Part shown: piece by piece, positions 51,325 through 61,454 of the stretch
Numbering within the stretch: position 1 is the stretch's first letter
Layout: the number at the start of each line of letters is the position of its first letter
Source of the DNA: an uncultured Phycisphaerales bacterium
GTDB taxonomy: Bacteria > Planctomycetota > Phycisphaerae > Tepidisphaerales > Tepidisphaeraceae
NCBI GenBank assembly: GCA_963758525.1
Contig: CAVWVQ010000003.1
Coordinates: forward strand, 576,001-640,000
DNA length: 64,000 nt
Reading direction: 5' to 3'
Made by a program: the position numbers and the translations under genes
Notes under the pieces: model-generated
What the model was told of the DNA's origin: nothing
The model's database searches: none
Seen by the model: the letters and a program-made list of their open reading frames with translations, nothing else

Positions 51325-52623
51325 ATGCAAAAAAACTTTGTACCGAAGGCCGTCATGACCGCGGCCTTCCTCATTGGCGGGATTGTCCCCGTCGTGGCGA
51401 TGGCTCAAGCGCAGCCGCCGGCAGCGCCCGCGTATCAGCCGTTCAGCGATCAGCAGTTGGACGACCTGACGGCGCGTGTCGCGCTCTATCCCGATGCGAT
51501 TCTCTCCGAGATTTTCGTCGCGGCGACCTATCCGCTGGAAGTCGTCGAAGCTGCCCAGTGGCTTGCGGCGGGGAACAACCCAGCCAGCGTGGATCAGCAG
51601 CCGTGGGATGACAGCGTAAAGGGTCTGACCCGGTTTCCGGCGGTGCTGAACCAAATGGCTGCCGATGCGGCCTGGACGAACGACCTCGGAGCTGCATTTC
51701 TCAATCAGCAGGCGAGCGTCTTCGCCTCGGTCCAGCGACTTCGCGCCCAGGCCATTGCGGCTGGCACGCTCTACTCCACGCCACAGCAGCAGGTGGTGCA
51801 GGATGCCGGGGTCATTCAGATCATCCCCGCCGATCCGGGGACGATATATGTGCCGACCTATGATCCTGCCACGGTCTATACCGGGCAGGATGTGCCAGTC
51901 GGAACGGACGTGACACCGCCGGTCACGTTTGTCTACAGCGCCCCGGTGGGCCCCTGGCTGGCGTTTGACTGCGATTGGGACGACCACCGGATTTACATCG
52001 GTGACTGGGGACGCGATCGGCCATGGTGGCATTGGCACGATCGCGACTGGCACTACGACAACTTCCGCCCGGGTCACTTCACCGCCCCCGCTCACGCGAA
52101 TTGGCAGCCACGGGAGTGGAGCCACGACGCGAAGCGAGGGCTGCCCCGCTTCGAGCCGCTTCCAGCCGCCCGACCGGACCGGCATGGCGCGCTGGCCAGG
52201 CCGGAGCCCATTCCGGAAATTGATCGCGGCGTGCGCGCTGCCCAGGACGCGCAGCGCGGTCGGCAGGAGCGGGAACGGGAACGCAACGCAGCCCCTCCAA
52301 GGAACGCGCCGCCGGTGAGGGAACCTCCGCAACGAGCAGCGCCGCCGGTTCGGGAGGCGCCGCATGAAGCGCAGCCCGTCCACGAAGCGCCTCCCGTTCA
52401 TGAAAGGCCCCCTGTTCGCGAAGCACCACCGGTTCGCGAAGCGCCGCCTGTCCGTGAGCCGGGCCCTGCGTTCAACGACAATCAGCGCGGCGAAGACGTT
52501 GCTCGCGACAGCCAGCGCGGCAGCGAAAGCCGCGGAGGCGCGGGAGCCGCGCCAGCGCGAAGTGGCGGCGCAGGCGCACCAGGCGGCGGCGGCGGCGGGG
52601 GCCGCGGCGGCGGTCGTCGATAA
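51325..52623 (+). CDS. DUF3300 domain exported protein
   Basis: LDDLTARVALYPD..AATYPLEVV, WDDSVKGL, LGAAFL, IYVPTYDP; Pro/Arg-rich tail. Confidence 0.88.
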   Translation: MQKNFVPKAVMTAAFLIGGIVPVVAMAQAQPPAAPAYQPFSDQQLDDLTARVALYPDAILSEIFVAATYPLEVVEAAQWLAAGNNPASVDQQPWDDSVKGLTRFPAVLNQMAADAAWTNDLGAAFLNQQASVFASVQRLRAQAIAAGTLYSTPQQQVVQDAGVIQIIPADPGTIYVPTYDPATVYTGQDVPVGTDVTPPVTFVYSAPVGPWLAFDCDWDDHRIYIGDWGRDRPWWHWHDRDWHYDNFRPGHFTAPAHANWQPREWSHDAKRGLPRFEPLPAARPDRHGALARPEPIPEIDRGVRAAQDAQRGRQERERERNAAPPRNAPPVREPPQRAAPPVREAPHEAQPVHEAPPVHERPPVREAPPVREAPPVREPGPAFNDNQRGEDVARDSQRGSESRGGAGAAPARSGGAGAPGGGGGGGRGGGRR

Positions 52624-52675
52624 ATCTGTCAATCGAAACGCGATAAGCCATGAACGTTACACAGAGGAGTTTCCC

Positions 52676-53682
52676 GTGATTCGACTCAATCTGCATCCCA
52701 ACATCCGTCGCGCCGCCCTGCCGATCTTGCTTGCGGGCGCGGTCGGGTGCCATTGTTGCGGCACCCATCCCGCCACCGCACCAGCAACTGCGGTGTCCGA
52801 AAACACCGCCCCCGCCGCGGTCGCCACCGCTCCGGCTCAGGAGACTTTCGCCTCTCCCGAGGAAGCAGCCTCCGCGCTGAAGCAAGCCGTCCGCGAACGC
52901 GACCGGGCGGCGCTGCTGCAGATCTTCGGGCCTGACGGCCAGCCGCTGATCTTCTCCGGCGATCCCGTCCAGGATGACAACCGGATGGCATCCTTCGAGC
53001 AGCACATGAGCGAGCAACTGCGCGTCGACCATCCGACTCCCGACAAAGCCATCCTCTACATCGGCGCACAAACTGGCCCTTCCCCATCCCGATCGTCAAC
53101 AACAATGGACAATGGTCGTTCGACACCGCCGCAGGAAGGGACGAAATCCTCAATCGCCGGATCGGACGCAACGAGTTGAGCACGATCGACGTCTGCCAGG
53201 CGTACGTCCGCGCGCAGCAGGAATACGCCCGCAAGCCTCACGACGACGCGAAGATGACCCAGTACGCCTGCCGGTTCCGCAGTTCCGCGGGGAAGCACGA
53301 CGGCCTTTATTGGGAACCGACGTCGGCGGATGACTTCAGCCCAATGAGCGATCTGGTCGCCGAGGCCGAAGCCGAGGGATATACCAAGACGCCGCTCAAG
53401 TCACACCGCCAGCCCTACCACGGGTACTTCTTCCACATTCTCACCGCCCAGGGCCCCGATGCCCCCGGCGGAAAAATGGATTACCTCGTGGACGGTCACC
53501 TCACCAAAGGCTTCGGCCTGGTCGCCTACCCGGCGGAGTGGGGAAACTCCGGCGTGATGACTTTCATCGTCAACCAGGACGGCAAGGTGTTTCAGAAGGA
53601 TCTTGGGCCGCAAACTTCCGACGAGGCCTCTAAAATGACCGAATACGATCCCGACCCGACGTGGGAGCAAGTGAAGGAGTGA
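52676..53682 (+). CDS. DUF2950 family protein (frameshift near 53070)
   Basis: FASPEEAA, WPFPIP, RRIGRNE, GKHDGLYW, PYHGYFF, AYPAEWGNSGVMTFIV, KDLG across two frames. Confidence 0.88.
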
Positions 53683-53694
53683 ACGCGGATTGCT

Positions 53695-54702
53695 TCAGAG
53701 TTTTCGCAAGACATAACGCCCGGTTTTCCTGCTGCCCGTCCGTTCAACAACTCCCGCGGCGAGGAGCGGATGCAGCAAGTCCATCGTCCCCTGGCGCGAT
53801 ACGCCTAACGCTTCCCAGATTTCGCCAGGCGTCATGCTGCCGTGATCGCGAAGCAGATTGAGCAGTTGTTCCTGCCTGGGGCGCAGCGTCAGCTTGTGCG
53901 GGGCCTTCACCTGCAATAGCTGGATGCGCAGCCACGCCTGTTCCAGCGTCAGTCTTAAGCCCTCAGCAGAATACTCCAGCCAACCTGTGAGATCCTCACC
54001 GGCCTGTTGTACATTATTCAACGCCGCATAGTACCGCGGCCTGTTTTCCCAGTAATATTCATCGACAGCGAATATGTGATGTGTGTCAAAACCGCGGCGG
54101 TAAAGCTCCCATAGCGCCAGTGCTCGCCCCGTTCGCCCGTTTCCATCAGCGAAAGGATGGATGGCTTCAAACCGGTAATGGAGGATCGCCGAACTCAAGA
54201 CAGGCGAAAGGGTGGCTGCCTGCGCGTTCCACCATTCCAGCAGTTCAAACATCAGTCCCGACACCACATCAGGCGGTGGCGGAAAGTGCGATCCAACCCG
54301 TACCGAAATGACCCGGTATTTCCCGGCCTCGCCCTGATCCATCACCGCCCCCGCGAGGATACGATGAAGCGAAAGGATATCCTCGTGACGAACCGTCTTT
54401 TTGAGCGCGTGCTTTTCGATGTACCTTAGGCCGGCAAAGTAGTTGAGCACCTCGCGCTGCGGTCGCGTTCCTGAAGCTGACAGTTCTCTGCCTTCCTCCA
54501 GGGCGCGTACCTGTTCGAGAGTCAATGGATTGCCTTCGATTGCGGTCGACGCATGCACGTTGCGAGTGCGGGTGTCTTTCTGAAGGGCGGGGATCCACGG
54601 GAGTTCTATCAGAGCGCCCTGTATCCGCTCCCGCAACGCAGCCACCTGCTCGACGCGGGCAAGCAGACTCGGCGTGATCGTAAAGCTGGGGATGTATGGC
54701 AC
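53695..54702 (-). CDS. Fic family protein with C-terminal HTH
   Basis: STAIEGN inhibitory-helix motif and canonical HPFADGNGRTGR. Confidence 0.93.
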   Translation of the reverse strand: MPYIPSFTITPSLLARVEQVAALRERIQGALIELPWIPALQKDTRTRNVHASTAIEGNPLTLEQVRALEEGRELSASGTRPQREVLNYFAGLRYIEKHALKKTVRHEDILSLHRILAGAVMDQGEAGKYRVISVRVGSHFPPPPDVVSGLMFELLEWWNAQAATLSPVLSSAILHYRFEAIHPFADGNGRTGRALALWELYRRGFDTHHIFAVDEYYWENRPRYYAALNNVQQAGEDLTGWLEYSAEGLRLTLEQAWLRIQLLQVKAPHKLTLRPRQEQLLNLLRDHGSMTPGEIWEALGVSRQGTMDLLHPLLAAGVVERTGSRKTGRYVLRKL

Positions 54703-54835
54703 GGAAGAAACGGTAAGAATAAGTCAAGTATCAGTCAAGTGATCAGTCAAGTGATAGCAAGTTCGCCGGGCTGTCACGCCACCCCCTTTCTGCTCTCGCT
54801 GGAGGGGGTTGTGACACTTTCTGCGCGCTCTCTTT

Positions 54836-55028
54836 CCCCCTCCCCTGGTACTTTCCGGGGGAGGGTTGGGTGGAGGCTTGCTCGCAATAGCAGGAAATGG
54901 TTACGGAAGCGGGTTCTACTTCCTGCCCCCAACTCGTTTCTCCGCCCGGAAGCGAGTAGGAGGTAGGAAAAGCAGCTCCGCCCGCCCCCCCCACCACAGC
55001 CCTCCCCCGTCGTACCAGGCGAGGGGGA
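54836..55028. repeat. CCCTCCCC..GGGGAGGG palindromic repeat pair
   Basis: Related to copies at 15555-15581 and 38024-38129. Confidence 0.65.
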
Positions 55029-55161
55029 AGTAATTGCAGCAGCCAAAGTTATACGCTCTCGGAAAAACGGGCAGGCCCCGGCGGTGCGCGCCAGGAGCGG
55101 CCCCGTTGCAAAACCACCAGTCGCTCGGGTAGGTTATGCGCGGTGGGGCTGGAGGCGTCCG

Positions 55162-55494
55162 ATGCCGCTGGAAAAATGGTCGGATGAGGTCGTGGTCGTT
55201 CACCTGGCGGACGATCCGCAGTTCAGCGACGATCTGGAGTCGCTCGAGCTTGCGATCTCCCAAGCAACCGTTGACGCCGTGCTGGAGTTCGGCGGCGTTC
55301 ACTTCATCAATTCGTCCAACATCGCCAAGTTGCTGAAGATCCGAAAGCAGATGGCCGGCAGCGGTTCGCGTTTGCTGCTCTGCAACATCAGCACCCAGGT
55401 GTGGGGAGCGTTTCTGATCACCGGCCTCGATAAGATTTTCGAGCTGAGCGACAACGTCCCAACCGCGTTAGCTACCCTTCAAATCGCGAGATAA
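55162..55494 (+). CDS. STAS-domain anti-sigma factor antagonist
   Basis: GGAGG RBS; VHFINSSNIAKLL and ITGLDKIF motifs. Confidence 0.88.
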   Translation: MPLEKWSDEVVVVHLADDPQFSDDLESLELAISQATVDAVLEFGGVHFINSSNIAKLLKIRKQMAGSGSRLLLCNISTQVWGAFLITGLDKIFELSDNVPTALATLQIAR

Positions 55495-55523
55495 GCGGGA
55501 GTTTTTAGAGGGCGGGTTTTCCC

Positions 55524-55581
55524 CGTAGCACGGCCGTCCCGGCTGTGATCCGAAAGCCACAGCCGAGACGGCTGTGCTACG
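55524..55581. repeat. GTAG-type REP doublet between convergent genes
   Basis: CGTAGCACGGCCGTCCCGGCTGTG ... CACAGCCGAGACGGCTGTGCTACG. Confidence 0.8.
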
Positions 55582-55686
55582 AGATTGCGTTCCTGGTCAA
55601 GCTATTCGCACGCCGGGTGCGGCCTGGAGATCGATGATCGCAGCGCGACGGGAAGGGCGCAAGCTATTCGCGCGGGGCGCGGCAAC

Positions 55687-57960
55687 TTACAACGCCGCTC
55701 CGTTGATCTTCAACCGCAGAATAAGCAACGCCGCCGAGAGCTGGGGATCTACCGAGAGAAGATCCTTCTTCACCACGGCGACAGATGTTTTGGCCGGCGC
55801 GGTTGTCGGAGTCGCGGCCTGATCAGGAAGCTTCAGCGCTTGCGCCTGCGGTTCCGACGGAGCGGTCGTGGGAGCCTCGCTCTGCGGAACGTCGAGCGCC
55901 TGGCGGGCATCGATTGCGGCGCGCATCTGCTCGGGCGTCATTTCCACGGTCACATCCGGATCGACGCCCCATTCCGTGGAGTTTTCCTCGCGGTGGATGC
56001 ATCGGCCGCTGGGGAGGTAGTAATGACTGGTGGTGAGCTTGAGATAGGCCGACTTATCGGCCAGCGGGAAGAGCATCTGCACGCTTCCCTTTCCGAAGGT
56101 CCGCTCGCCCACGAGAATCGCCCGCTTCTGATCCTTCAACGCGCCGGAGACGATTTCGCTGGCGCTGGCGGAGTACTGATTGACGAGAATCACCAGCGGG
56201 AGGTCGACATCATTATCGTCCGGCTTGGCGACGGCGACCGTTGGCGGGTTGCCGGTATCCCGGTCGGGGCGGGTGCTGACGATCACGCCATCGTGAAGGA
56301 AGCGGTCGGCGATTTCGGTCGCGGAAGTCAGCAAACCGCCCGGATCGAAGCGCAAATCGAGGATAATGCCGCGAGCGCCGCCGGCTTTCATCTGATCGAT
56401 CGCGTCATTGAGTTCCTTGGGGGTATTGCTCGCGAAATTCGTCAGCCGCATGTAGCCGATCTTCTGCTGGGGATCGACGAAGTAATCCCATCCGCCGGAG
56501 TTGGTGGGTTTCCACCCTTTGATGCTGGCGACGGTGATCACCTGCCGGGTGAGTGTGTAATCGTGGACGGCTCCGTCGAGACTGCGCACGGTGAGTACGA
56601 CGGTCGTGCCGACCGGTCCGGTGATGGTCTTCACCGCCTGCGTGGTCGTGATTCCCTTGGCGCTTTTGCCATCGATGCGGGTGATGACGTCGCCCGGCTT
56701 GATGCCGGCCTTGATCGCAGGGCTGTCGGTCAGGGGTTGAACCACTTTCAGGGAGCCGTCGGGGTCGCTTTGGATCTGAATGCCGACTCCGCTGAACTCG
56801 CCCTGCGTGGTGCGCTTGAAATCGTCCAGATCACTGGGCCAGAGCATGCTGCTGAACGGATCGAGCTCGCCAAATGCGCCGTCGGCAAATTCGCTGATCA
56901 GCACCTCCTGGGGAAGCGCGACGGTTGCCTGATTGGCTTCTTCGAGCTTCTGCAGGTTGTCGTGAAGGGTGCTCTGTTCCTGAATTCCCGCGGCCTCTTT
57001 GGTGCTCGCAACGCATTGATCGATGGTCCCCAGGAAGCTCTGGCGCGCCTTCTCGTCGGCAAGCTGCGGAAAGGACTTGTCCAAACCCTTGGTCTCCACC
57101 ACCACCCGAAGGCCGTTGAGACCGCCAAGCGCCAGCGTCTTGTACGTGACGTCGCGGTACCAGTTGTTGCGGGCGTAGACCAAAGCGTCCCACAGCATTT
57201 CCGGCTTGATGCCGTGCAGCGTGTCATGCCAGTCTACTTTGAAGGCGTCGTTCTCCGCCGCCGCGTCGGGCTTGGTTGTCGGCTGCGTCGTGGGATGAAT
57301 GACCGCATCCGCCGCGTCGCGCAGCTTCGAATCCGCGTCGATCATCTGGCGGAACACCGTGGGCGTGTAGAGCGCCAGCAGCCGCTCGCGGCGCATCGAC
57401 AGCTTCAGCTTGTCCTTCCACATCGGAACGGCCGGCTCGATCAAGCCCAGGTTCTGATAGATGCGCTGCGACTGGATCCACTGCTCATTTTTGTCGAAAT
57501 CATCCGCCCGACTCTCTTCGGTGGTGACCAGATCGTCGACATCCTTCTCTTCGCGAAACGCTTTCTTATCATCGGTCAGAAGATAGGCCCCCGCGGCGCG
57601 ATCGAGCGCGTCTTCCGGCTTGTCGTTCTTGAGCAGCAGGCGCATTTCATCGGCCCGCTTTTCGAACTGCTGATGCCGTTCGGTCGCGAATTCCTGCCGC
57701 TGCGTTTCAAAACCGCTGGTCCACGCAGCCATTTGCACCACCAGCGGATCGTGGGACATCGCCGCCGCCTGGGCAAGAAGCTCATTGCTGCGGTCGAAAT
57801 GCCCGTCGCGAATCTGCTTGAATGCCTCGCTCTTCAACTGCTCGACCGACGCGACCTGCACCACCGGAGTTTCCGCCCGGACCGCGGCCCCCGCCGCCAG
57901 CAGCAGCGCCATCGAACTCACCGCGACGCGACCAACAATCTTTCGCTTCATATCAAGCAT
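55687..57960 (-). CDS. S41 family carboxyl-terminal processing protease (CtpA/Prc-like)
   Basis: Signal peptide, PDZ (GVGIQI..SPA..GIKPGD), ILDLRFDPGG, SASASEI, TFGKGSVQ. Confidence 0.93.
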   Translation of the reverse strand: MLDMKRKIVGRVAVSSMALLLAAGAAVRAETPVVQVASVEQLKSEAFKQIRDGHFDRSNELLAQAAAMSHDPLVVQMAAWTSGFETQRQEFATERHQQFEKRADEMRLLLKNDKPEDALDRAAGAYLLTDDKKAFREEKDVDDLVTTEESRADDFDKNEQWIQSQRIYQNLGLIEPAVPMWKDKLKLSMRRERLLALYTPTVFRQMIDADSKLRDAADAVIHPTTQPTTKPDAAAENDAFKVDWHDTLHGIKPEMLWDALVYARNNWYRDVTYKTLALGGLNGLRVVVETKGLDKSFPQLADEKARQSFLGTIDQCVASTKEAAGIQEQSTLHDNLQKLEEANQATVALPQEVLISEFADGAFGELDPFSSMLWPSDLDDFKRTTQGEFSGVGIQIQSDPDGSLKVVQPLTDSPAIKAGIKPGDVITRIDGKSAKGITTTQAVKTITGPVGTTVVLTVRSLDGAVHDYTLTRQVITVASIKGWKPTNSGGWDYFVDPQQKIGYMRLTNFASNTPKELNDAIDQMKAGGARGIILDLRFDPGGLLTSATEIADRFLHDGVIVSTRPDRDTGNPPTVAVAKPDDNDVDLPLVILVNQYSASASEIVSGALKDQKRAILVGERTFGKGSVQMLFPLADKSAYLKLTTSHYYLPSGRCIHREENSTEWGVDPDVTVEMTPEQMRAAIDARQALDVPQSEAPTTAPSEPQAQALKLPDQAATPTTAPAKTSVAVVKKDLLSVDPQLSAALLILRLKINGAAL

Positions 57961-58197
57961 CCTTACACGCAATGAGCCAACCAACGCCCGGCGAAAACCA
58001 TAGTCGCGCGCCATATCCCGGTCAAACGCCCCGGGAATGTCTCTTGCTTCCGAAAACGACTATTCGCGCATCCTTGTTAAACGAGCCGATCGCTCACGAG
58101 GTTCATACCATCCTCGACCCAACCCCGTTGGCTGGGTCGCCTTCCGCCTGTAGCATGCGCGGCGGCAGAAGAGGTTTCGGCAGCCCCGGTTTCTCCC

Positions 58198-60174
58198 ATG
58201 AATTCGATTCAGCATCAGCTTCAGCAGGCATTTCGCACCGCAATCAGGTCGGCGTTCGGAATTGACGCCGATCCGCTGGTGGGCGTCTCGCAAAACGAGA
58301 AGTTCGGCGACTATCAGTCCAACGCCGCGATGGGATTGTCCCGGCAGATCTCCGAAAAGACCGGGGAAAAGACGAACCCCCGCGCAGTTGCAGAGCAGAT
58401 CAAGTCCGCACTTCAGCTCGGTCCGATGGCGGCTGAAATCTCCATTGCCGGCCCGGGGTTCATCAACATCCGTCTTGATCCGAATTGGCTGGCCGGGCAA
58501 CTCAATAAGGTGGTCGGCGACCAGCGCCTTGGCATCGATGCAGTCGAATCGCCACAAACCGTTGTCGTCGATTACTCCGGCCCCAACGTCGCCAAGCAGA
58601 TGCACGTCGGGCATCTTCGCAGCACGATCATCGGCGACGCCATCAGCCGCCTGCTTGAGTTCGAAGGGAACCGGGTCATCCGCCAGAATCACATCGGTGA
58701 CTGGGGCACGCAGTTTGGCCGAGTCGTTCTGGCGATGTGGTACGAAGCGGCGTTTCATGCGACCGACCCCCACCTCCTCGCCAGCCTCATCGAACGGCAG
58801 CAGTCGGCCGCCCGTGCCTTTGCCCAGGATCAGGACAAGCCGAGGTTTGAAGCCGCCGTTGCCGCGATCGTGCGGGAGATCGCGCCGCTCCATCAACGCC
58901 TCATCGAGCAAGATCCCGATGGCGAACGCTACTTCATCCCGTATCTCACCACCGGCACGCTCGCGCTCGACGAACTCGAACGCGCCTACGTCTTCGTCTC
59001 CACGCTCACTGACAACCCGCAGGCCGCCAAGACCATCATCAACCATCCGCGCCACGGTCCGCGCCCGCTCGGCGACCTGCCGCGCCTTACCACGACGTTC
59101 ATCCAGAATCCCAACGACCCCGCCAATCGGCAGGAACTCCTCGCCTGGCAGAAGTCGCGCATGATTACGCTGGAAGCCTGCGATGAGGTCTACCAGCGAC
59201 TCAACGTGAAACTGCTTCCCGACGACGAGCGCGGCGAATCATTCTATAACGCGATGCTGCCGGATGTCGTGAAAGACCTTCTCGCGGCCAACGTCGCGAC
59301 TGAAAGCGAAGGAGCCATCGCGATTTTCAACGACGGCGCCGCAACTCCGTTGATCGTTCAAAAGAGCGGCGGCGGGTACCTGTACGGCACCACGGATCTT
59401 GCCGCATTGCGCTATCGCGTGCAGGCGCTGCACGCCAACCGGATCATCTACACGCACGACAGCCGCCAAGCCCTGCACTTCTCGCAGGTATTCGCCGCCG
59501 CGCGAAAAGCCGGCTGGGCGACGAATGTCGAGCTTGACTATGCCCCCTTCGGCACCATGCTCGGCGCCGACGGCCGGCCCTTCAAAACCCGCTCAGGCGA
59601 CACCGTCAAGCTCAAGGATCTGCTCGACGAAGCCGAAGAACGCGCGTTTGCCGTCGTGACGGAAAAAAATCCCGACCTGCCCGAATCGCAACGTCATGCA
59701 ATCGCCCATTCCATCGGCATCGGGGCCATCAAATACGCCGATCTCTCGAAGGACCGCATCAGCGACTACGTCTTCTCCTGGGACAGCATGCTCGCGCTTG
59801 ACGGCAACACCGCCCCATACCTGCAGTATGCGCACGCTCGCGTCCATTCGATCCTGCGCAAAGGAGAAACGGCGCTGGAGAACGCGTCGGCGGGGAACAT
59901 TGCGCTCGAATCCCCGTACGAGCTCGCGCTGGCAAAGCAGATTCTCCGCCTCGGCGACGTCATCGAAACCGTCTCGCGCGAATTAAAGCCCCATCATCTG
60001 TGCGCATACCTCTACGAGCTGGCCGGCCGATTCAGCGGCTTCTTCGAAAACTGCCCGGTCCTCAAAAGCGAAGAGCCCACCCGCTCCAGCCGGCTCGCAT
60101 TGTGCGCCGCCACCGCCAAAACCCTCGCCATCGGCCTCGACCTGCTCGGCATCGAGCATCCGACGCAGATGTAA
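58198..60174 (+). CDS. argS: Arginine--tRNA ligase
   Basis: GDYQSN, GPGFIN, SGPNVAKQMHVGHLRS, NHIGDWGTQFG, PFKTRSG, GNTAPYLQYAHAR. Confidence 0.97.
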   Translation: MNSIQHQLQQAFRTAIRSAFGIDADPLVGVSQNEKFGDYQSNAAMGLSRQISEKTGEKTNPRAVAEQIKSALQLGPMAAEISIAGPGFINIRLDPNWLAGQLNKVVGDQRLGIDAVESPQTVVVDYSGPNVAKQMHVGHLRSTIIGDAISRLLEFEGNRVIRQNHIGDWGTQFGRVVLAMWYEAAFHATDPHLLASLIERQQSAARAFAQDQDKPRFEAAVAAIVREIAPLHQRLIEQDPDGERYFIPYLTTGTLALDELERAYVFVSTLTDNPQAAKTIINHPRHGPRPLGDLPRLTTTFIQNPNDPANRQELLAWQKSRMITLEACDEVYQRLNVKLLPDDERGESFYNAMLPDVVKDLLAANVATESEGAIAIFNDGAATPLIVQKSGGGYLYGTTDLAALRYRVQALHANRIIYTHDSRQALHFSQVFAAARKAGWATNVELDYAPFGTMLGADGRPFKTRSGDTVKLKDLLDEAEERAFAVVTEKNPDLPESQRHAIAHSIGIGAIKYADLSKDRISDYVFSWDSMLALDGNTAPYLQYAHARVHSILRKGETALENASAGNIALESPYELALAKQILRLGDVIETVSRELKPHHLCAYLYELAGRFSGFFENCPVLKSEEPTRSSRLALCAATAKTLAIGLDLLGIEHPTQM

Positions 60175-60253
60175 TTCAGAGCAGTTTTCAGGTTGGACTA
60201 GCGGCCATTGTGGTGCGGGCTTCCAGCCTGCTCCCCGGAGGCAGACTGGAAGC

Positions 60254-61235
60254 CTAGGTGCCGGCGTTCAAATCAGCAACGTACGTCGCCAGATCGTTTT
60301 GGAACTGAGTATTTGCCGCGGCGAGCGCGGCCTGATCGTTCGTCAACTGGGTCTGCGCCGCGGTAACGCCCGGATCGGCGGCAATGGCAGCCTGCAGGGC
60401 AGTCTCGGCGGCCTGGACCGGCGCCTCATCCGTCTGCAATTGCGTCTTGGCGGCGGCGAGCGCAGCCTGATCGTTCGTCAGCGGGGTCTGCGCCGCAGCG
60501 ACACCAGGGTCGGCGGCGATTGCTGCCTGCAATGCTGTCTCGGCGGTCTGGACTGGCGCTTCGTCAGTGGTCAATTGCGCCTTGGGAGCCGTCAGGTCGG
60601 TGGTAAGTTGATTCTGCGCAGTAGTCGAGCGCGGCCTGATCCGCAGTGATCACGGAACTCAGCGCGCCGCTGCGGGTGTCATATCGAAGCTGGTATCGGG
60701 CAGACTGAATCGCCGGCTCGTCAGCCACGTAGACCGCCCTGATGGCGGACCAATCAGCCTGAATCAGCGGCTGTTGGGTTGTCCAGGCGGCGGTGACAGC
60801 CGACTGGGCGGCGATCACCGGAGCGGTGGTCGAGGCTGCCTGCTCAGCGGTCCACAACGCCTGGTAATCGTTCCATACAGCGGTCCGGTCTGTCTGAATG
60901 TTGCTGCGGTCGGTTTGGGTCAAGGGGCCGGCCGTTGTCTGGGCAGACGTGAGTGCCGACTGAGCGGCAATCACCGGGGCGGTGGTCAGTGCGGCCTGTC
61001 TAGCGGTCTCCAGTGCTTGGAAATCGTTCGAAACCGCAGTCTGGTCATTTGACACGGTGGTTTGATCGCCGGTTACCGCCGCGAAGTTCGACGTGTCCAA
61101 CGCGGTCGGGGAAGAAGGCAGAGGGGGAATATACGATTCATGACCATGACCGAAAAAACCAAAGCCATGGAACGAGGCGGACATCAATTTCCGAGATTCC
61201 AAGGTATCGACGAAACGACGAAGTGTCTCATTCAT
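60254..61235 (-). CDS. Planctomycete extracellular coiled-coil repeat protein (frameshifted near 60570-60625)
   Basis: DTLESRKLMS (LEPR-like); duplicated TAPVIAAQSA and DEAPVQxAETALQAAIAADPGV..LTNDQAALAAA blocks. Confidence 0.65.
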
Positions 61236-61454
61236 ATTGCATTCTCCCTGTGGAAAGCGAGGCATGATTGCCGGAACGACAATCGCCGCAGTTCTGTTTT
61301 TGAAGAAACCACCTTCGGGGAAGCCCGAATTTTCGCATCCGCTGTACCGCTGAGATCGGTAATTTACCGACCGTCTGTCGTATTACCAGCGCTAAATATA
61401 ATTTATTTTGCGTTCCGTTGGATGCGTTACCCTGTGTGAAGAATGCGCTTGGAT

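Noticed and set aside
55585..57975. Long antisense ORFs (796 aa here; also 754-1902, 30056-31711, 14056-15366)
   Set aside because: They are shadows of real genes on the opposite strand in GC-rich DNA and carry no recognisable motifs.
5157..61235. About a dozen frameshifts (aldolase, vsr2, emrA twice, mdtB, gspC-position twice, gspL, gspE, Spy-like, DUF2950, 60.6 kb gene) read as genome decay or programmed frameshifting
   Set aside because: They are isolated single-base indels, often in short G/C runs, in genes with otherwise intact motifs and no in-frame stops. This is typical of long-read consensus error. Read-level checking is needed to be sure.
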